From positions 1,488,001 to 1,552,000 of the forward strand of contig NC_043017.1 of NCBI RefSeq assembly GCF_006345805.1: a stretch of 64,000 nt of DNA. The letters run 5' to 3'. This DNA is from Octopus sinensis (Eukaryota). Made by a program: the position numbers and the translations under genes. Each line of letters opens with the position of its first letter. The stretch's first letter is position 1. Below the pieces are notes generated by a model. That model did no database searches. It was not told the origin of the DNA and saw only the letters and a program-made list of their open reading frames with translations. Shown here piece after piece: positions 44,272 to 57,052 of the stretch.

Positions 44272-45002
44272 TTAGCAATTAAGGACAACTACTTAATAAG
44301 GAAAACTTAACAAGAAATTGTCAGGTAGATAGCGTAAAAACCTCATAAGAGAAAAAATTTCGAAAATAATTATTTCTTATGGAACATATTAATTTATATA
44401 TAGAGGGCATTATACATACATGCCAGAAGGCATTATACATACATGCCAAACGCTAAGAGGGACAATTAGTCATTTCTACCAAAAATATTACTAATCCCAC
44501 CGAATGCAATTTTTCAAAGTAAGACATTTAAATTAATATGTTCAATAAGAAATAATTATTTTCGAAATTTTTTCTCTTATGAGGTTTTTACGCTATCTAC
44601 CTGACAATTTCTTGTTAAGTTTTCCTTATTAAGTAGTTGTCCTTAATTGCTAAATTTTTATTCCTAAAAAACTTTTCCTCTCCCGAAATGCAATACGTAA
44701 AAGTTTGCCATTTATCCGGATGTAATATATGTAAACTCACCCATGTGCTTCGTTGATGTTGAGCAGTTAGCTGATCGGCTTAAGCGGGGCAGGGTCGTTG
44801 TTTATTTATAATACATTCAGGCCTGCTGATGAGTACGTAAGTATGAAATCACTGTGATACAGGTCTATATTTTTTAAATGTCTTACTTTGAAAAATTGCA
44901 TTCGGTGGGATTAGTAATATTTTTGGTAGAAATGACTAATTGACCCTCTTAGCGTTTGGCATGTATGTATAATGCCTTCTGGCATGTATGTATAATGCCC
45001 TC

Positions 45003-45013
<11 letters not shown>
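44268..45013 (+). mobile_element. Hammerhead-bearing approximately 475-bp monomer (44529-45003, +) with an inverted junction-spanning fragment (44268-44532), in (TA)n
   Basis: 44268-44395 is the reverse complement of 44529-44657 (1 mismatch), and 44396-44532 is the reverse complement of 44873-45010 (1 mismatch). The element contains the hammerhead at 44819 and has (TA)n on both flanks. Confidence 0.85.
44819..44866 (+). ncRNA. Type I hammerhead ribozyme, canonical core
   Basis: The sequence reads AGGCCTG-CTGATGA-GTAC(GTAA)GTAT-GAAA-TCA(CTG)TGA-TA-CAGGTCT. Stem I is 7 bp (AGGCCTG/CAGGTCT, one G.U), stem II is 4 bp closed by a GNRA loop, and stem III is 4 bp within the near-palindrome ATCAC-T-GTGAT. 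The core CUGAUGA/GAAA/UH is intact. Predicted cleavage is after AUA (44859/44860). Confidence 0.9.
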
Positions 45014-45081
<68 letters not shown>

Positions 45082-45140
45082 TTTTATAGATAGATAGATA
45101 GATAGATAGATGGATGGATGGATGGATGGATGGATGGATG

Positions 45141-45223
<83 letters not shown>

Positions 45224-46904
45224 GCAATCATGCAGGTGTACGTATGGAAGTATGTATATACATTAAATTATATAGATTTACCGACAAAGTTAAATTGAAA
45301 GATTTTATGAATGGAAAAAAATTGGATGAGAGAAACGTGCGTGTAAATACCGGAAATTTGATAGTATAAAAAGGAAATAGCGCTAGTACTGCAATCTCAT
45401 ATAAAAGTCCTGCAGTAACAACAGACATCAAGGGAAAAAAACTGGAATAAAGTTCAGTTACTGTTATGATAGTCAGTATTTTATCATGAACATTGCGCTG
45501 ATTTCCTTCTTCTCCCAACAATAATACCTCTTCCATTTTATGTCACGTGATATACAATTATTGCAAAAGAATAATAAACGGTGCAAAATAGATATTTTCT
45601 GATATACAATATCATCACACGTTTAAAGCGTAAATTTCTAGTTTATAACATAAAATGTTATATCAAGGACAATAAAACTTGCTATTTATTATATTTGATA
45701 TACAATGCCATCTAAATTATAATGCGACAATTTCCACTTTCTGTCAAATTATTAAGGTTAAGAATTACACAACTGTGTATACTGTGAACGCTCTTTCCCA
45801 CCGTTAACATTCTCTGAAGAACAATACGACAATCTTTATTTTCCGATATAGAATATTCTCTTCAAAATATCGTGACTATTTCCAGACTCTGATAGAAATA
45901 TTTTACGTTACATAGAATGCAGCAATTTCCACTTTCTGGCACAAAATTGTTTCAAGAATTATAGAACGCTACAAGCTATATTTCATGGATAATAATGTCT
46001 GAAAATTTTCGACAACTTTCGTTTTCAGGTACAGAATTATTTCTAAAATATTATCCTAACCTTTTCACAATTCTCATATAAATATTTTATCTGCGTATAA
46101 TACTACAGTTCCCTCTTTTTAGCACGATCTTGTGTTATGCACTAAACAACGCTTCTTGCTGTCCCCAACACATAATATTCTCCGAAGAATAATACTGCGA
46201 TCATCATTTTCGAAAATAGAATATTCACTCGAGATATGTCATGCCTATTTCTAAATTCTGATAAAATAAGCACCATTTGAGCAGTGGGGTCGATGTACCG
46301 ATTTAACCCTTCCTCGAAACTCTTGGCCTTGGGACAACAATTTGTAACTGTTGATTATTATATTTATATCAATTTCTGTTCCCACTGCCTGACATATATT
46401 ATCGCTCCAAACAAGTATAACACGTGTAGGTGATTACATCCGTGATCGAGTTATCTAAGTAGAGATTCTTAGATCTGCGTAGCGTTCTTAAGCAAATCTT
46501 TTCATTTAAATTTATTCGTAAATAAGTAAAATGCGATGAACTAGTTTTGTGTTCAGGGGTTATATTTTTATCGCAGTTAACTATACGCCAAAGAAGTCTG
46601 ATAAGGGGTTCTACGAGATTTGAACTCGAGAGAGTAATGCCCAGGTATGATGTAGATGATGCGACAAGTATATTAACGTATATTTTCTGACGTAAAATTT
46701 TTTTTTTAAATAATTCATGACCAATTGTACATTCACCCAGCTGTAGGGTTTCAAATATAGCAATTTTCTCTCTCTCTCCTGTAATATTCCAACGATAATA
46801 AATACTTTTATATTCAAAAGTTCCCGTTATTGTTGTTTTGTTCGTTTCCTTACTGTCCAGAGATATATGTATGCTAATTACGTAAAAACCATAGAAAGAG
46901 TACG

Positions 46905-47165
46905 TGTCTGTGTGGTAAGTAGCTTGCTTATGAACAACATGGTTCCGGGTTCAGTCCCACTGCGGTACAACTTGGGCAAGTGTCTTCTACTAAAGCCTCG
47001 GGCCGACCAAAACCTTGTGAGTGGATTTGGTAGACGGAAACTGAAAGAAGCCCGTCGTATATGTGCATATATATGTATATGTGTGTATACGTTTATGTGT
47101 CTGTCCCCCCAACATCGCTTGACAACCGATGCTGGGACGTGTTTACGTCCCCGCAACCTAGGGTT
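46905..47165 (+). mobile_element. Composite SINE family A, tail truncated
   Basis: Head at 46905-47058, partial tail at 47101-47165. Confidence 0.85.
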
Positions 47166-48524
47166 TCATCCTAAGAAACCCCGGACCACGTGGCTGCAAA
47201 GTGAGCTTCTTAACGAAAGGGACATTCTTGCACATTAACAATTCTCACACAAAATTTGATAACTTATGATGTTTTGCTATATTTTAATGGGTATAGCTAA
47301 ATGCTTGGAAATGTTTATGTAAAACTAGAACAACATAAAATCTGTACTTATGTCCCAAATTCATAAGAAAGTTTTCCTACTGTAACCATAAACCATTTAG
47401 TTTTAGTAAGAATGAACTATTTAATGACATCGACCCCCCAATACTTGACTGATACTAATTTTAACGACTGTATAATGGATTAAGAATAAAGTCGACATTG
47501 ACAGAATTTCAACAAAGAACGTAATGCCAGAAGAAATACCGCTACGCATTTTGGCATCCGGGTTGGCTATTCCTCCAGGTTGTCGCGAATCTTCCAGCTT
47601 GCCTCAATTCTTCCAGGTTGCCTGCTTTAAACATACCAAATAACGAAGAGTATAAAAGGAGGTTTATTGCCTCAAAAGTTTAAGTTTCTCTCGATGATAC
47701 AAATGTACCAAATTGCGTGATTTATCAATAATGATAAATAGACATATGTTATGCTTAAAATATTGTATTTCCGAATAACGTACATTGTTAAAATATTTTT
47801 CGATGCAAAGCGTAAACTGTCGGTACTTTATGTTTTATTTCCAATGAAAATGGTTTTGCATAAATTAGTTTTATAAGAATTTTGCTTGCTAAAATATCAT
47901 GTAGCAAATATTGTATTTTTTTTTCAAGAGAAGATATTACTTGCATGGTTTAAAATCAGTGATATTACTTTTGTTTTTGCGAAATATTATGTGACAAGTA
48001 TCGTATTTTATTTGGCTAAGATACTACTTGGCAGTAATTGGAAAGAACTGCATTTATCCTGCTAGGGTACTGCATTGAATAATATGTATATTACCGTATT
48101 TATCCGCACAGAAATATTGTATGTCAGATATTGTTAGGTTCTGTATTGTTCTGTAGAAAAATATTGCATGTTTTTTGTCTTGTTAAAAAAAACTCAACGA
48201 AAATAAATATTTTATTTTTTGTCATAAAAGATACAGGGTTTCAAACAAGAGAAATTGTCGTTTGTATCTAATTGGAATTGTCTTTTATTTTATTTGCGAA
48301 AAACAATATTGTCTTGCAAAAATTGGAATTTACCGTATTTTCCCGAAACTATATTGCTTGGAATAAAATATAAACTCTCATATTTTCTGTGAGAGAATAT
48401 TATGTTCACCCTGCTGAAATGTGGTTTACTAAAAATGTCTCTTATGTAAAACTGTCATGCAAAAATTGAAACATATCGTAGAGTTTCTTTGCAAGCATTT
48501 TAAAGTTTCTATATATATGTTTGT

Positions 48525-48820
48525 GGAAGCACATGGTTTTGTGGTTAGAGCAGCAAACTCGCGGTCGAGGGATCGCGGCTTCGAATCTCAGACCAGACGA
48601 TCTGTTTATTTATGAGCGAAACACCTAAGCTCCACGCGGCTCCGGCAGAAGGTAATGGCGAACTTCTGCTGATTCTTTCGCCACAACTTTCTCTCACTGT
48701 TTCCTCCAGCATTTTGCAGCTCACCTGCGACGGGCGGCGTCTCGTCCAGGTGGGGAACCTATACACCAAGGAAACCGGGAAACCAGTCCTTATGAGCCAG
48801 CTGTGGCTCGAGAAGGAACA
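48525..48820 (+). mobile_element. tRNA-derived SINE family C
   Basis: A-box-like TGGTTTTGTGGTTAG and B-box-like GGCTTCGAATCTC. The body GGCGTCTCGTCCAGGTGGGGAA...GGAAACCGGGAAACC is shared with 15590-15850. Confidence 0.7.
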
Positions 48821-49104
48821 AACAATATATATATTTATATGGATGTGAGTGAAAATATATGAGAGACAGAAGAGAGAGAGAGATGGAGGGAGAGGGCGAA
48901 ACATACAGATAGACATAGAGACTGTGTATGTGTGTGATCAATTCCTTTACATTTAAACAATGAGATCATCGACTGTTTAATTCATTCTTCTGTCAATCAG
49001 TGAAGCAGCTCAGTTTTTCGAAGTTCATTTTTCTCCGTTCGCGACGCCATCAATGGTGTGTTCTATCTACTCCAATTCTGCTACTGGGCTGTCAGAATCG
49101 TTAT

Positions 49105-49290
49105 CCCAAAGCGTGAAATGATAGCGGCATTTTGTCCGTCTTTACGTTCTGAGTTGAAATTCTGCAGGGGCTGACTTTGCCTTTCATGCTTTCGAGATCA
49201 ATAAAAGAAAATACCAGTCGAGCACTGTGCTCGATGTAATAGAATTACCCAATAACCCGAAATTGCTAGCGTTGTGTCAAAATTTGAAAC
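49105..49290 (+). mobile_element. SINE family B
   Basis: TTACGTTCTGAGTTGAAATTCTGC...GACTTTGCCTTTCATGCTTTCG. Confidence 0.75.
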
Positions 49291-50235
49291 CAATATTCAT
49301 ATTTATGTAGATCAAAGTGAGAATTTAAGCGAAGATGGAGAGAAAGAGAAAGTGTGAGCGTCAATGATGCTGTGTGTGTGATCTCCGGAGATAAAACAAA
49401 ATTTATTTCAACACAAGCGTTCATCATTAAAAATCTGACACATCAAACACAAAATCGAAATATAGTGTGTCATGCTTATCAGAATATTGTACATACTGTA
49501 TATTTTAAATTACTATTCGTCTTTTCACGAAAATATTGTAGAACAGAAATTACAAATAATTGTATTCTTAATGCTAGAAGATATTTTCCGTAGTTATTAT
49601 TCTAGACACAATACTTTTCGAAAGAAATTGTCCATTATTGTATCGTGTATAATAGAGTATTGAATATAGGAAGATGAGTTTGGAAAATACCGTGTCTCTT
49701 GAGAGGATAATATCTCTAAGATATGTGAATTTGTCCTATTTAGGAATGATAATGTAAACGAGAAATTGAAATATGTTGCAATTTTAGTATATGCATATAC
49801 AAATATGTTTAACACGTGTGTAGATATTCGAACGTGATAAATACTTTCGATGCGGAAATACACTCAGGAAAATAATAATCCCCTCATAGAAAACGTATGT
49901 GTAAACATATTAAGCTATAAATGACGTCATAGGATCTAGAACACATGAGATTTTGGGCTGATATTCTACATTAACTACAAGCACCCACGGTGGTGTGTAA
50001 CGTCATTCATAAGTCCAATGTGTTTTCATAATATTGTCTAAAAACGATTCTACCCTTTTAATTACAGTTTAGTTATCGCTGGCAGCTAAATATTATGCAA
50101 CAGATATGCCTCTTACCCCGAAATGTGGTTTTTAAATATAGTTTCTTATGTAAAATTGTCTTGCAAAAATTGAGACGTAACATAGTTTATATGCAAGTAG
50201 TTGAAAGGTTCTCTGTATCTATGAATATATCTATA

Positions 50236-50512
50236 TACGAGGTGGTACGCTAAAGTAACCGTAAAATTCTCTGTCCGACAAAGCCTCTTTAGTTCAGGCT
50301 TCTGCCGCTAGAAGTCACTTGATGCGATCCTGAGGCATAAGACTGCGTAGCGGCGTTATCCGGCGAAGTCGTACTGTAAAGTGGTGTGTCTTTGTTTTGC
50401 AGTGCTTCTCCGCTGTTTGTTGAATTTTGAGATGCCTGAAACGAGGGAACAGTATGCTGCCGTGAAATTCTGTTTTCTTCCGGGGAAAATGGCAGCCGAA
50501 ACAGTTGTCAAT
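50236..50512 (+). mobile_element. Mariner transposon left end and transposase N-terminus
   Basis: TA followed by TIR start CGAGGTGGTA. The ATG at 50432 gives MPETREQYAAVKFCFLPGKMAAETVV, a mariner N-terminal HTH region. Confidence 0.8.
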
Positions 50513-50559
50513 CGGTATTACAGTTATGATTGTGTGCATCGTTCATTGTGAGCAGCTTT

Positions 50560-50875
50560 CTTGTTCTTTTATCCAATCTCTGAATCTAGACCTTTGTCCA
50601 TTCTAGAAAGGGAACAGCGTATTTCAATACAGACATAGCCAATATATTTCTGGTTTTAATGATGTTCCCTCCGTTTAATGTTGTTTCGAGCATTTCCCTA
50701 TTGCTCTTCTTGTACTCTCTTGTGACTTTCTCTCGCATTTCTCCCGCCAATAACCTACCGTCTTCCAGCATTCCTAGGTATTTGTATCCCACAATACTCC
50801 ATAGCTATTTAACGCTGTTGCGGTTAATTTCATCTCATCAGAATTTACCTTCAGTCTTCTCTTCTTAATTAGTAC
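50560..50875 (-). mobile_element. Decayed R4/Dong-like retrotransposon, late RT segment
   Basis: GYKYLGMLE..MREKVTREY..LETTLNGGNIIKTRNILAMSVLKYAVPFLEW, homologous to 42269-42565. Confidence 0.8.
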
Positions 50876-51011
50876 AGAACAAGATCCGCTGAGTTCAATT
50901 TTCACGCGAGTCAACTTGCCTGTTATGCTTTCAACCCCGTTGAATGTAATCGACTTTGCCCCTAACCTAAATTTGGTTACCTTGTGCCCTATTGAGTGAC
51001 AGCAAGTAATC

Positions 51012-51700
51012 TTAGATGTCAAGAAGCTTCCTAAGTATCCTAACTGTCCCTAAAAACACTGTTTTCTGAAGCTGTCCTAAACTGGGTTTTATGCCTATGT
51101 CCTCTATCCATCTGTTCAAACTTTTAGGGATAGTTCCCAAAGCACCTATAACTACTGGGATACATTTAACCCGTACTTTTCATAGTCTCTTTAATTTAAT
51201 AGTTAGGTTCTGGTACTTTGTTATTTTTTCTATACTTCTCATATTAATTTTTTTCATCATTTGGGACTGTAAAGTCAATCGTCTGGTACTTTCTATTTCC
51301 TTTAACTACTACTACTTCTACTACCAAATCAGACCTTCTAGCTTCTATTACTCTCTCTGTTTGAATGTTAAAGTCTCACAACATCTTATACTTCTCACTT
51401 TCTAGTACTTTACTCGGTTCATGTTCATACCATTTATCAGTAGGTTCAAATCCTAGCTTTCTACATAACTCCCAGCTGATTTCTATCCATACATTGTCAT
51501 ATCGTTTCTTATATTCTTTCCATGCCAGTATGCTGTGTTCACTTACTATATAAGTAACGCTTTCCTCTTTTGATTTGCGTTATCTACATTTGGAATATAC
51601 TTTGTTTTTGTCTATTTTGGCTTTTATGCAATTATTCCTAAATGCTTGATCTTGTGCAGCTACTAACAAATTTTCTGTCAACCATTTCATGTTTCCCTTC
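51012..51700 (-). mobile_element. Decayed R4/Dong-like retrotransposon C-terminus (RLE domain)
   Basis: Segments include TENLLVAAQDQAFRNNCIKAKIDKNKVYSKCR, an E(A)RRPDLV motif and IPVVIGALGTIPK...LQKTVF..GTVRILRKLLDI*, with frameshifts. Confidence 0.85.
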
Positions 51701-52011
51701 TTTATTGTCATTATTATTGTTGTTGTTGTTGTCATCGTTACTGTTGTTGTGGTTGTTGCTACGACTGGAAAATTTCCTATCGGCAACTAGAAATATTCTT
51801 CTTCTTCATAAATGATCATAATATTCAGTAAGATTTTAATTGGAAATTATCTCATTATTTAGAATTCAAGAATGTCGGATTCAAGAAATACCAGAGTATT
51901 ACCTGGCAACAAACCAAAATTATAGTATCATAATTATTTACGTATCTTACTCACGGTCTTCGCACTCGATGTAGCATGGATGATCGTGGCATCGACAATT
52001 TTTTCTATTTT

Positions 52012-52220
52012 GATTGGATCTTTTCACGTTGGCCGACAGAAATTGCCGAAATGCAAAAATTTTTACAAGAAATAGCTTTCAAACTACAGAATTTTCTCAA
52101 GAAAGCCAGGAGAAAAAGATGTTATATGTAACACATTCTACAAGTATACGAAGTTTAAAAGCGCTTAGTTACAAAGAAATTATTTTTTAAATCCGCCGGT
52201 CAAAGTGAAAAGATCCAATC
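52012..52220. mobile_element. MITE-like element with 24-bp TIRs
   Basis: GATTGGATCTTTTCACGTTGGCCG (52012-52035) matches the reverse complement of 52197-52220 at 22 of 24 positions. Confidence 0.55.
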
Positions 52221-53152
52221 GATTAATTGCTCGGTCAATTATTCAATTAATTATGCTTTCGAAGAGTTTTGTCGTCGTTGCTGGTACCTCTCCTCATCAA
52301 ATGGTGTAAAATACCCCACGATAAAGCAGTATGATTTAATATACGAGGTGACATCAAGAAACCTGCAAACCAAACACAGAAACTGCAATACTTAGTAATT
52401 TTGCTCTGTTAGGATAGATAGAAAATGGAATAACAATAGGAAAGAAATTGCTGCAATTGTCCCGGTAGAATATACTTAGCGTAAGAATTGGTAATTATAT
52501 TTTTTTAATGTTCCAAGTAGAATTTTCTGAGAGCGAAATTAGAGATTTCTGCGATTTTACTTCGTGGAATATTGTTTGCTCGAACTATTTCTTTTTCGTA
52601 TTTCATTGGCAGAAATAATAAATTACCGGTTTTTTCCCTTCTCAGAATATTTTTGTCACATGTTCTATAAGAGAAAAATTATAAATTGTTATATTTACCT
52701 CGATTGTGTATTTTTAAAAATACATATACTATTTATTTATTTTGCTAACATTTATTCTTCGGGATAAAATATTGTAAACCATAAATTGGAAATGCTTTTA
52801 TTGTGCATGATAGAAATTGTGAGGAATTAGAAAACTATCGTATTTTATTTCAGAGAATATTTCCATTCAAAACCGAGAAATCGTTTTGCTTTGTTTGTTT
52901 TTAACTGGAAAAATGCATGACAAAATTTACAAATTTTTAATTTTCTTGTAAGCAATTGGAATTTTTTCAATAAATCTTGGCACAATGGTTTGCCGCACGT
53001 ATTGAAAATTGTCATTTGTTTCCTGCAAGAATAATGTTTGACACACAGTGGTAATTTTTCAATCAGGCATGATGGAAATTAGCAAGTACCGTTTTACACT
53101 CGACAGAAAATTGTACAGTAAGAATTTTTGTAAAAAAAATATAGAGATTATA

Positions 53153-53222
<70 letters not shown>

Positions 53223-53807
53223 GTATATATATATGTATATATACATATATACATTCATTTATATATGTATATATACATATATACATTCATTTATATATGT
53301 GCAAAGATACATAGATATTTATACGTACAAACATGCAAAAGTATATACGCATGCCAACCAAATCTTATAAAGCTATTTCATGAGAAGGAAATATGTCATA
53401 CATACTTTAAATTCGCATTTATCTGTCAAGAATATACAAATTTTTGCGTGCGTTTTATTTTGTGTGTTTGTGTGCACAGGTGTGTATAGCGATAGATAGA
53501 TAGATATCTATAGAAACGTTGATATATATCGTTAGATGGATGGATGTAAAGATATATACGCGCACATACAGACACACACTCACACACACACAGACACACA
53601 CATATTTAGGAGCACACATATATATAATAGCTAAAGCTTGCTACAGATATTTATTAATACATGAAACAGTTAAATTCACTACAAGTTTGAATGCTTTTTT
53701 ATGTTGTATAAGAAATATCCGTCGCGTACATCCGATCATCTCACTGACACTGCTTAGTAAGTCTGGTAATATTTTGTTTTAATTCAGTCTGCAATTCAGT
53801 AACATAT

Positions 53808-53852
<45 letters not shown>

Positions 53853-53994
53853 ACGATAAGAAAATTAAGGGAAAACAACAAATAGAAGTGTATCTTTGGT
53901 GCTAAAAAGCCATTATTTCACTAGTTAAGCAAGGTGAAGTTAAGAGTGAATTTATAGCTGTTTCTGAGTACTATGTTGAGGTAAATATATAAGG

Positions 53995-54235
53995 ACCGAC
54001 AAACGGATTAAGTCGATTATATCGACCCCAGTGCGTAACTAGTACTTATTTAATCGACCCCGAAAGGATGAAAGGCAAAGTCGACCTCGACGGAATTTGA
54101 ACTCAGAACGTAACGGCAGACGAAATACGGCTACGCATTTCGCCCAGCGTGCTGCCAGCTCGCCGCCCTCGACGGATTAAATACCGCTAAGCATTTCGTC
54201 CAGAGTGCTTATTATTCTCCCAGCTTGCCACCTTA
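53995..54235 (-). mobile_element. SINE family B, near-consensus, plus an extra head fragment
   Basis: GTCGATTATATCGACCCCAGTGCGTAACT...GAAAGGATGAAAGGCAAAGTCGACCTCG...CCAGCTCGCCGCC. Confidence 0.85.
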
Positions 54236-55099
54236 ACACTTCCCAAAATATTAATGAACACGGAAACGAAATAGAGTTATTAATAAAGAGAAAATAATTA
54301 TATTATTTCTGATAATGTATTGTAAGAGCAAATTGAAATTATTTGCATCTTTCTTAGTAGATGAAAAATTCGGTAAATATCATATCAGTCTTGACAGAAT
54401 TTTGCATTGCATGAATTAGAAATGGTCGCATATTTTTATTGATAGAATAATGTGTGAGACAAACTGGATTTTATGTATAGAACGGTTATTTAGAAATGAA
54501 TTGTTATTTGTTAGACATTAGCTTTTAGCCATAGAATTTCCTGTTAGTTCACTCTTTAGAAGGAACTTTAAGCATCCATATATTTCTGTCGTATCTCAAG
54601 AGAGTCGAAGACTTGGAACAGAGCAGGTACGTAATTACTGGGGTCATGTATAATGACGGATGAAATTTGTCAAACCTTTCACATTGATTGACTTACCGAA
54701 ATATTAATCAAGCAACTGATTACTTAATTGGCTAAATGGTTAATAGAACCAGTGTGTATGATTAATATTGGCCTATTGACCGTACCCAAGTGAAATACAA
54801 CACAATATATAACAACACAAGATATGACTTCAAGAATTTTGCAAAGTAAATACAATTTCATATTTTTCTTCCAGAAATAGAATTTTGCACAATCTAAATG
54901 TATTTTCTCGGCTACATACCAGAAAAAAAAAACTTTGCATGATTCTAGATAAACATTTTAGTCATAAAAATAAATTATTTGCCACATAGCTTTTGATAGG
55001 CATTGTACGGGTTTAAATACAAAATTCAACATTCATAACTTATCATGTTCTTTCTCAGTAGAACATTTCATAGAACAACATGGATATGGGATTCAAATT

Positions 55100-55640
55100 T
55101 TGGCACAAGGCTGTTAATTTTGAGGGAGCAGATGAGTCGATTACAACTCCAATGCTCAACTAGTAATTCTTTTGTAACTCTCGAATAAATGAAAGGAGAC
55201 GCGAATCTCGAGGGATTTGTACTCACAACGTAGCGGCAGACGAAATACGTAATTATTTACTACCCACAAGGGACTAAACACAGAGGGGACAAACAAGGAC
55301 AGACAAACGGATTAAGTCGATTATATCTACCCCAGTGCGTAACTGGTACTTAGTTAATCGACCCGAAAGGATGAAGTGCAAAGTCGACCTCGGTGGAATT
55401 TGAACACGGAACGTAGCGGCAGACGAAATACCTATTTCTTTATTACCCACAAGGGGCTAAACACAGAGGGGACAAACAAGGACAGACAAACGGATTAAGT
55501 CGATTATATCTACCCCAGTGCGTAACTGGTACTTAATTAATCGACCCCGAAAGGATGAAATGCAAAGTCGACCTCGGAGGAATTTGAACTCGGAACGTAG
55601 CGGCATACGAAATACCGCTAAGCATTTTACGCGACGCTGC
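55100..55640 (-). mobile_element. Tandem SINE family B copies (183-bp period)
   Basis: ACCCACAAG recurs at 55262 and 55445, with a third diverged copy at 55100-55260. Confidence 0.85.
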
Positions 55641-56099
55641 ATGCTCACCGTCATAAAAATAATAATACATGAATATTGTCACACAAATTCCTTTATAATG
55701 CCGCATCATACACGACAGAACTTCGTCGTCAAAATGCATTCAATATTTGTTGCATATTTCCTGATAAATTACTGAATTCTAATAATTACAAATTTTGTCT
55801 ATCTTGTGTGATATATTTGAAAGTATTGTATTTCTTCTCTGTAAAATATTTCATAGAATAAACATGCAAATTTTCACGTTTTCTTGTTAGAAAATAAAAC
55901 CTTATTACATTATTTAAATATTTTCGCAGTTTTCCTGCTAGAATTTTGTATGACAGGATTGTCAAATTGTTATATTTATCGTGAAAGAATATTTCATCAG
56001 AATATTTTACAGATTCTTACATATATTACATTATTTAATTTCAATTCTTTTTTCATCATTCAATTTTATTCGTTATTGTTATCTTTATTACTATCGTTG

Positions 56100-56262
56100 T
56101 CATTATTGTTATTGGAATAGTTATTATTATTATTATATTTATTATTATTATTATTATTGTTGTTAATATTATTATTATTATCACTATTATTATTATTTAT
56201 TATTATTATTATTATTATTTAATATTATTACTAATATTATTATTATTTAATATTATTACTAA

Positions 56263-56307
<45 letters not shown>

Positions 56308-56355
56308 CATTATTATTATTATTTATTATTATTACTAATATTGTTATTATTATTA

Positions 56356-56399
<44 letters not shown>

Positions 56400-56444
56400 T
56401 ATTAATGTTTATCATTATTATTATTATCACTGTTATTATTACTA

Positions 56445-56508
<64 letters not shown>

Positions 56509-56590
56509 CATTATTATCATTATTATTATTATTATTATTATTGTTATTAATATTATTATTATCATTATTATTATTATTATTATGATAGTT
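56100..56590. repeat. (ATT)n microsatellite; similar blocks at 22660-22800, 39805-39860 and 58880-59250
   Basis: Direct reading of the sequence. Confidence 0.95.
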
Positions 56591-56965
56591 GTCAAACAGG
56601 TAAAAAAAAAATTGTCGTGTTTTACTATGTAAAATAACGTATGGCAGAAAATGGAAATTTCGGAATTTTTGTTGAGAGAATATTTAATGGCGAAAATTCG
56701 GGCTATATAGAGTGAATTTTTTTCCTTTGTAGTTGTCAAGAGTTACTCTGATATTTTATACGCCATTTTAACGGTTTCATCATTTCCTTATTAGACTTTC
56801 CAATTTCCTGTATGTACACAATCATTTCACTCACCGCCATTTTGATTTTTTCGTCCTTGTGTTTCATTTACTACGTTCGTTTCGTTTTGAATATATGTAC
56901 GTTGTATCTGTGTATAGACGTAGTAACGCATATATATATATATATATATATAATATATATATAAT

Positions 56966-57052
<87 letters not shown>

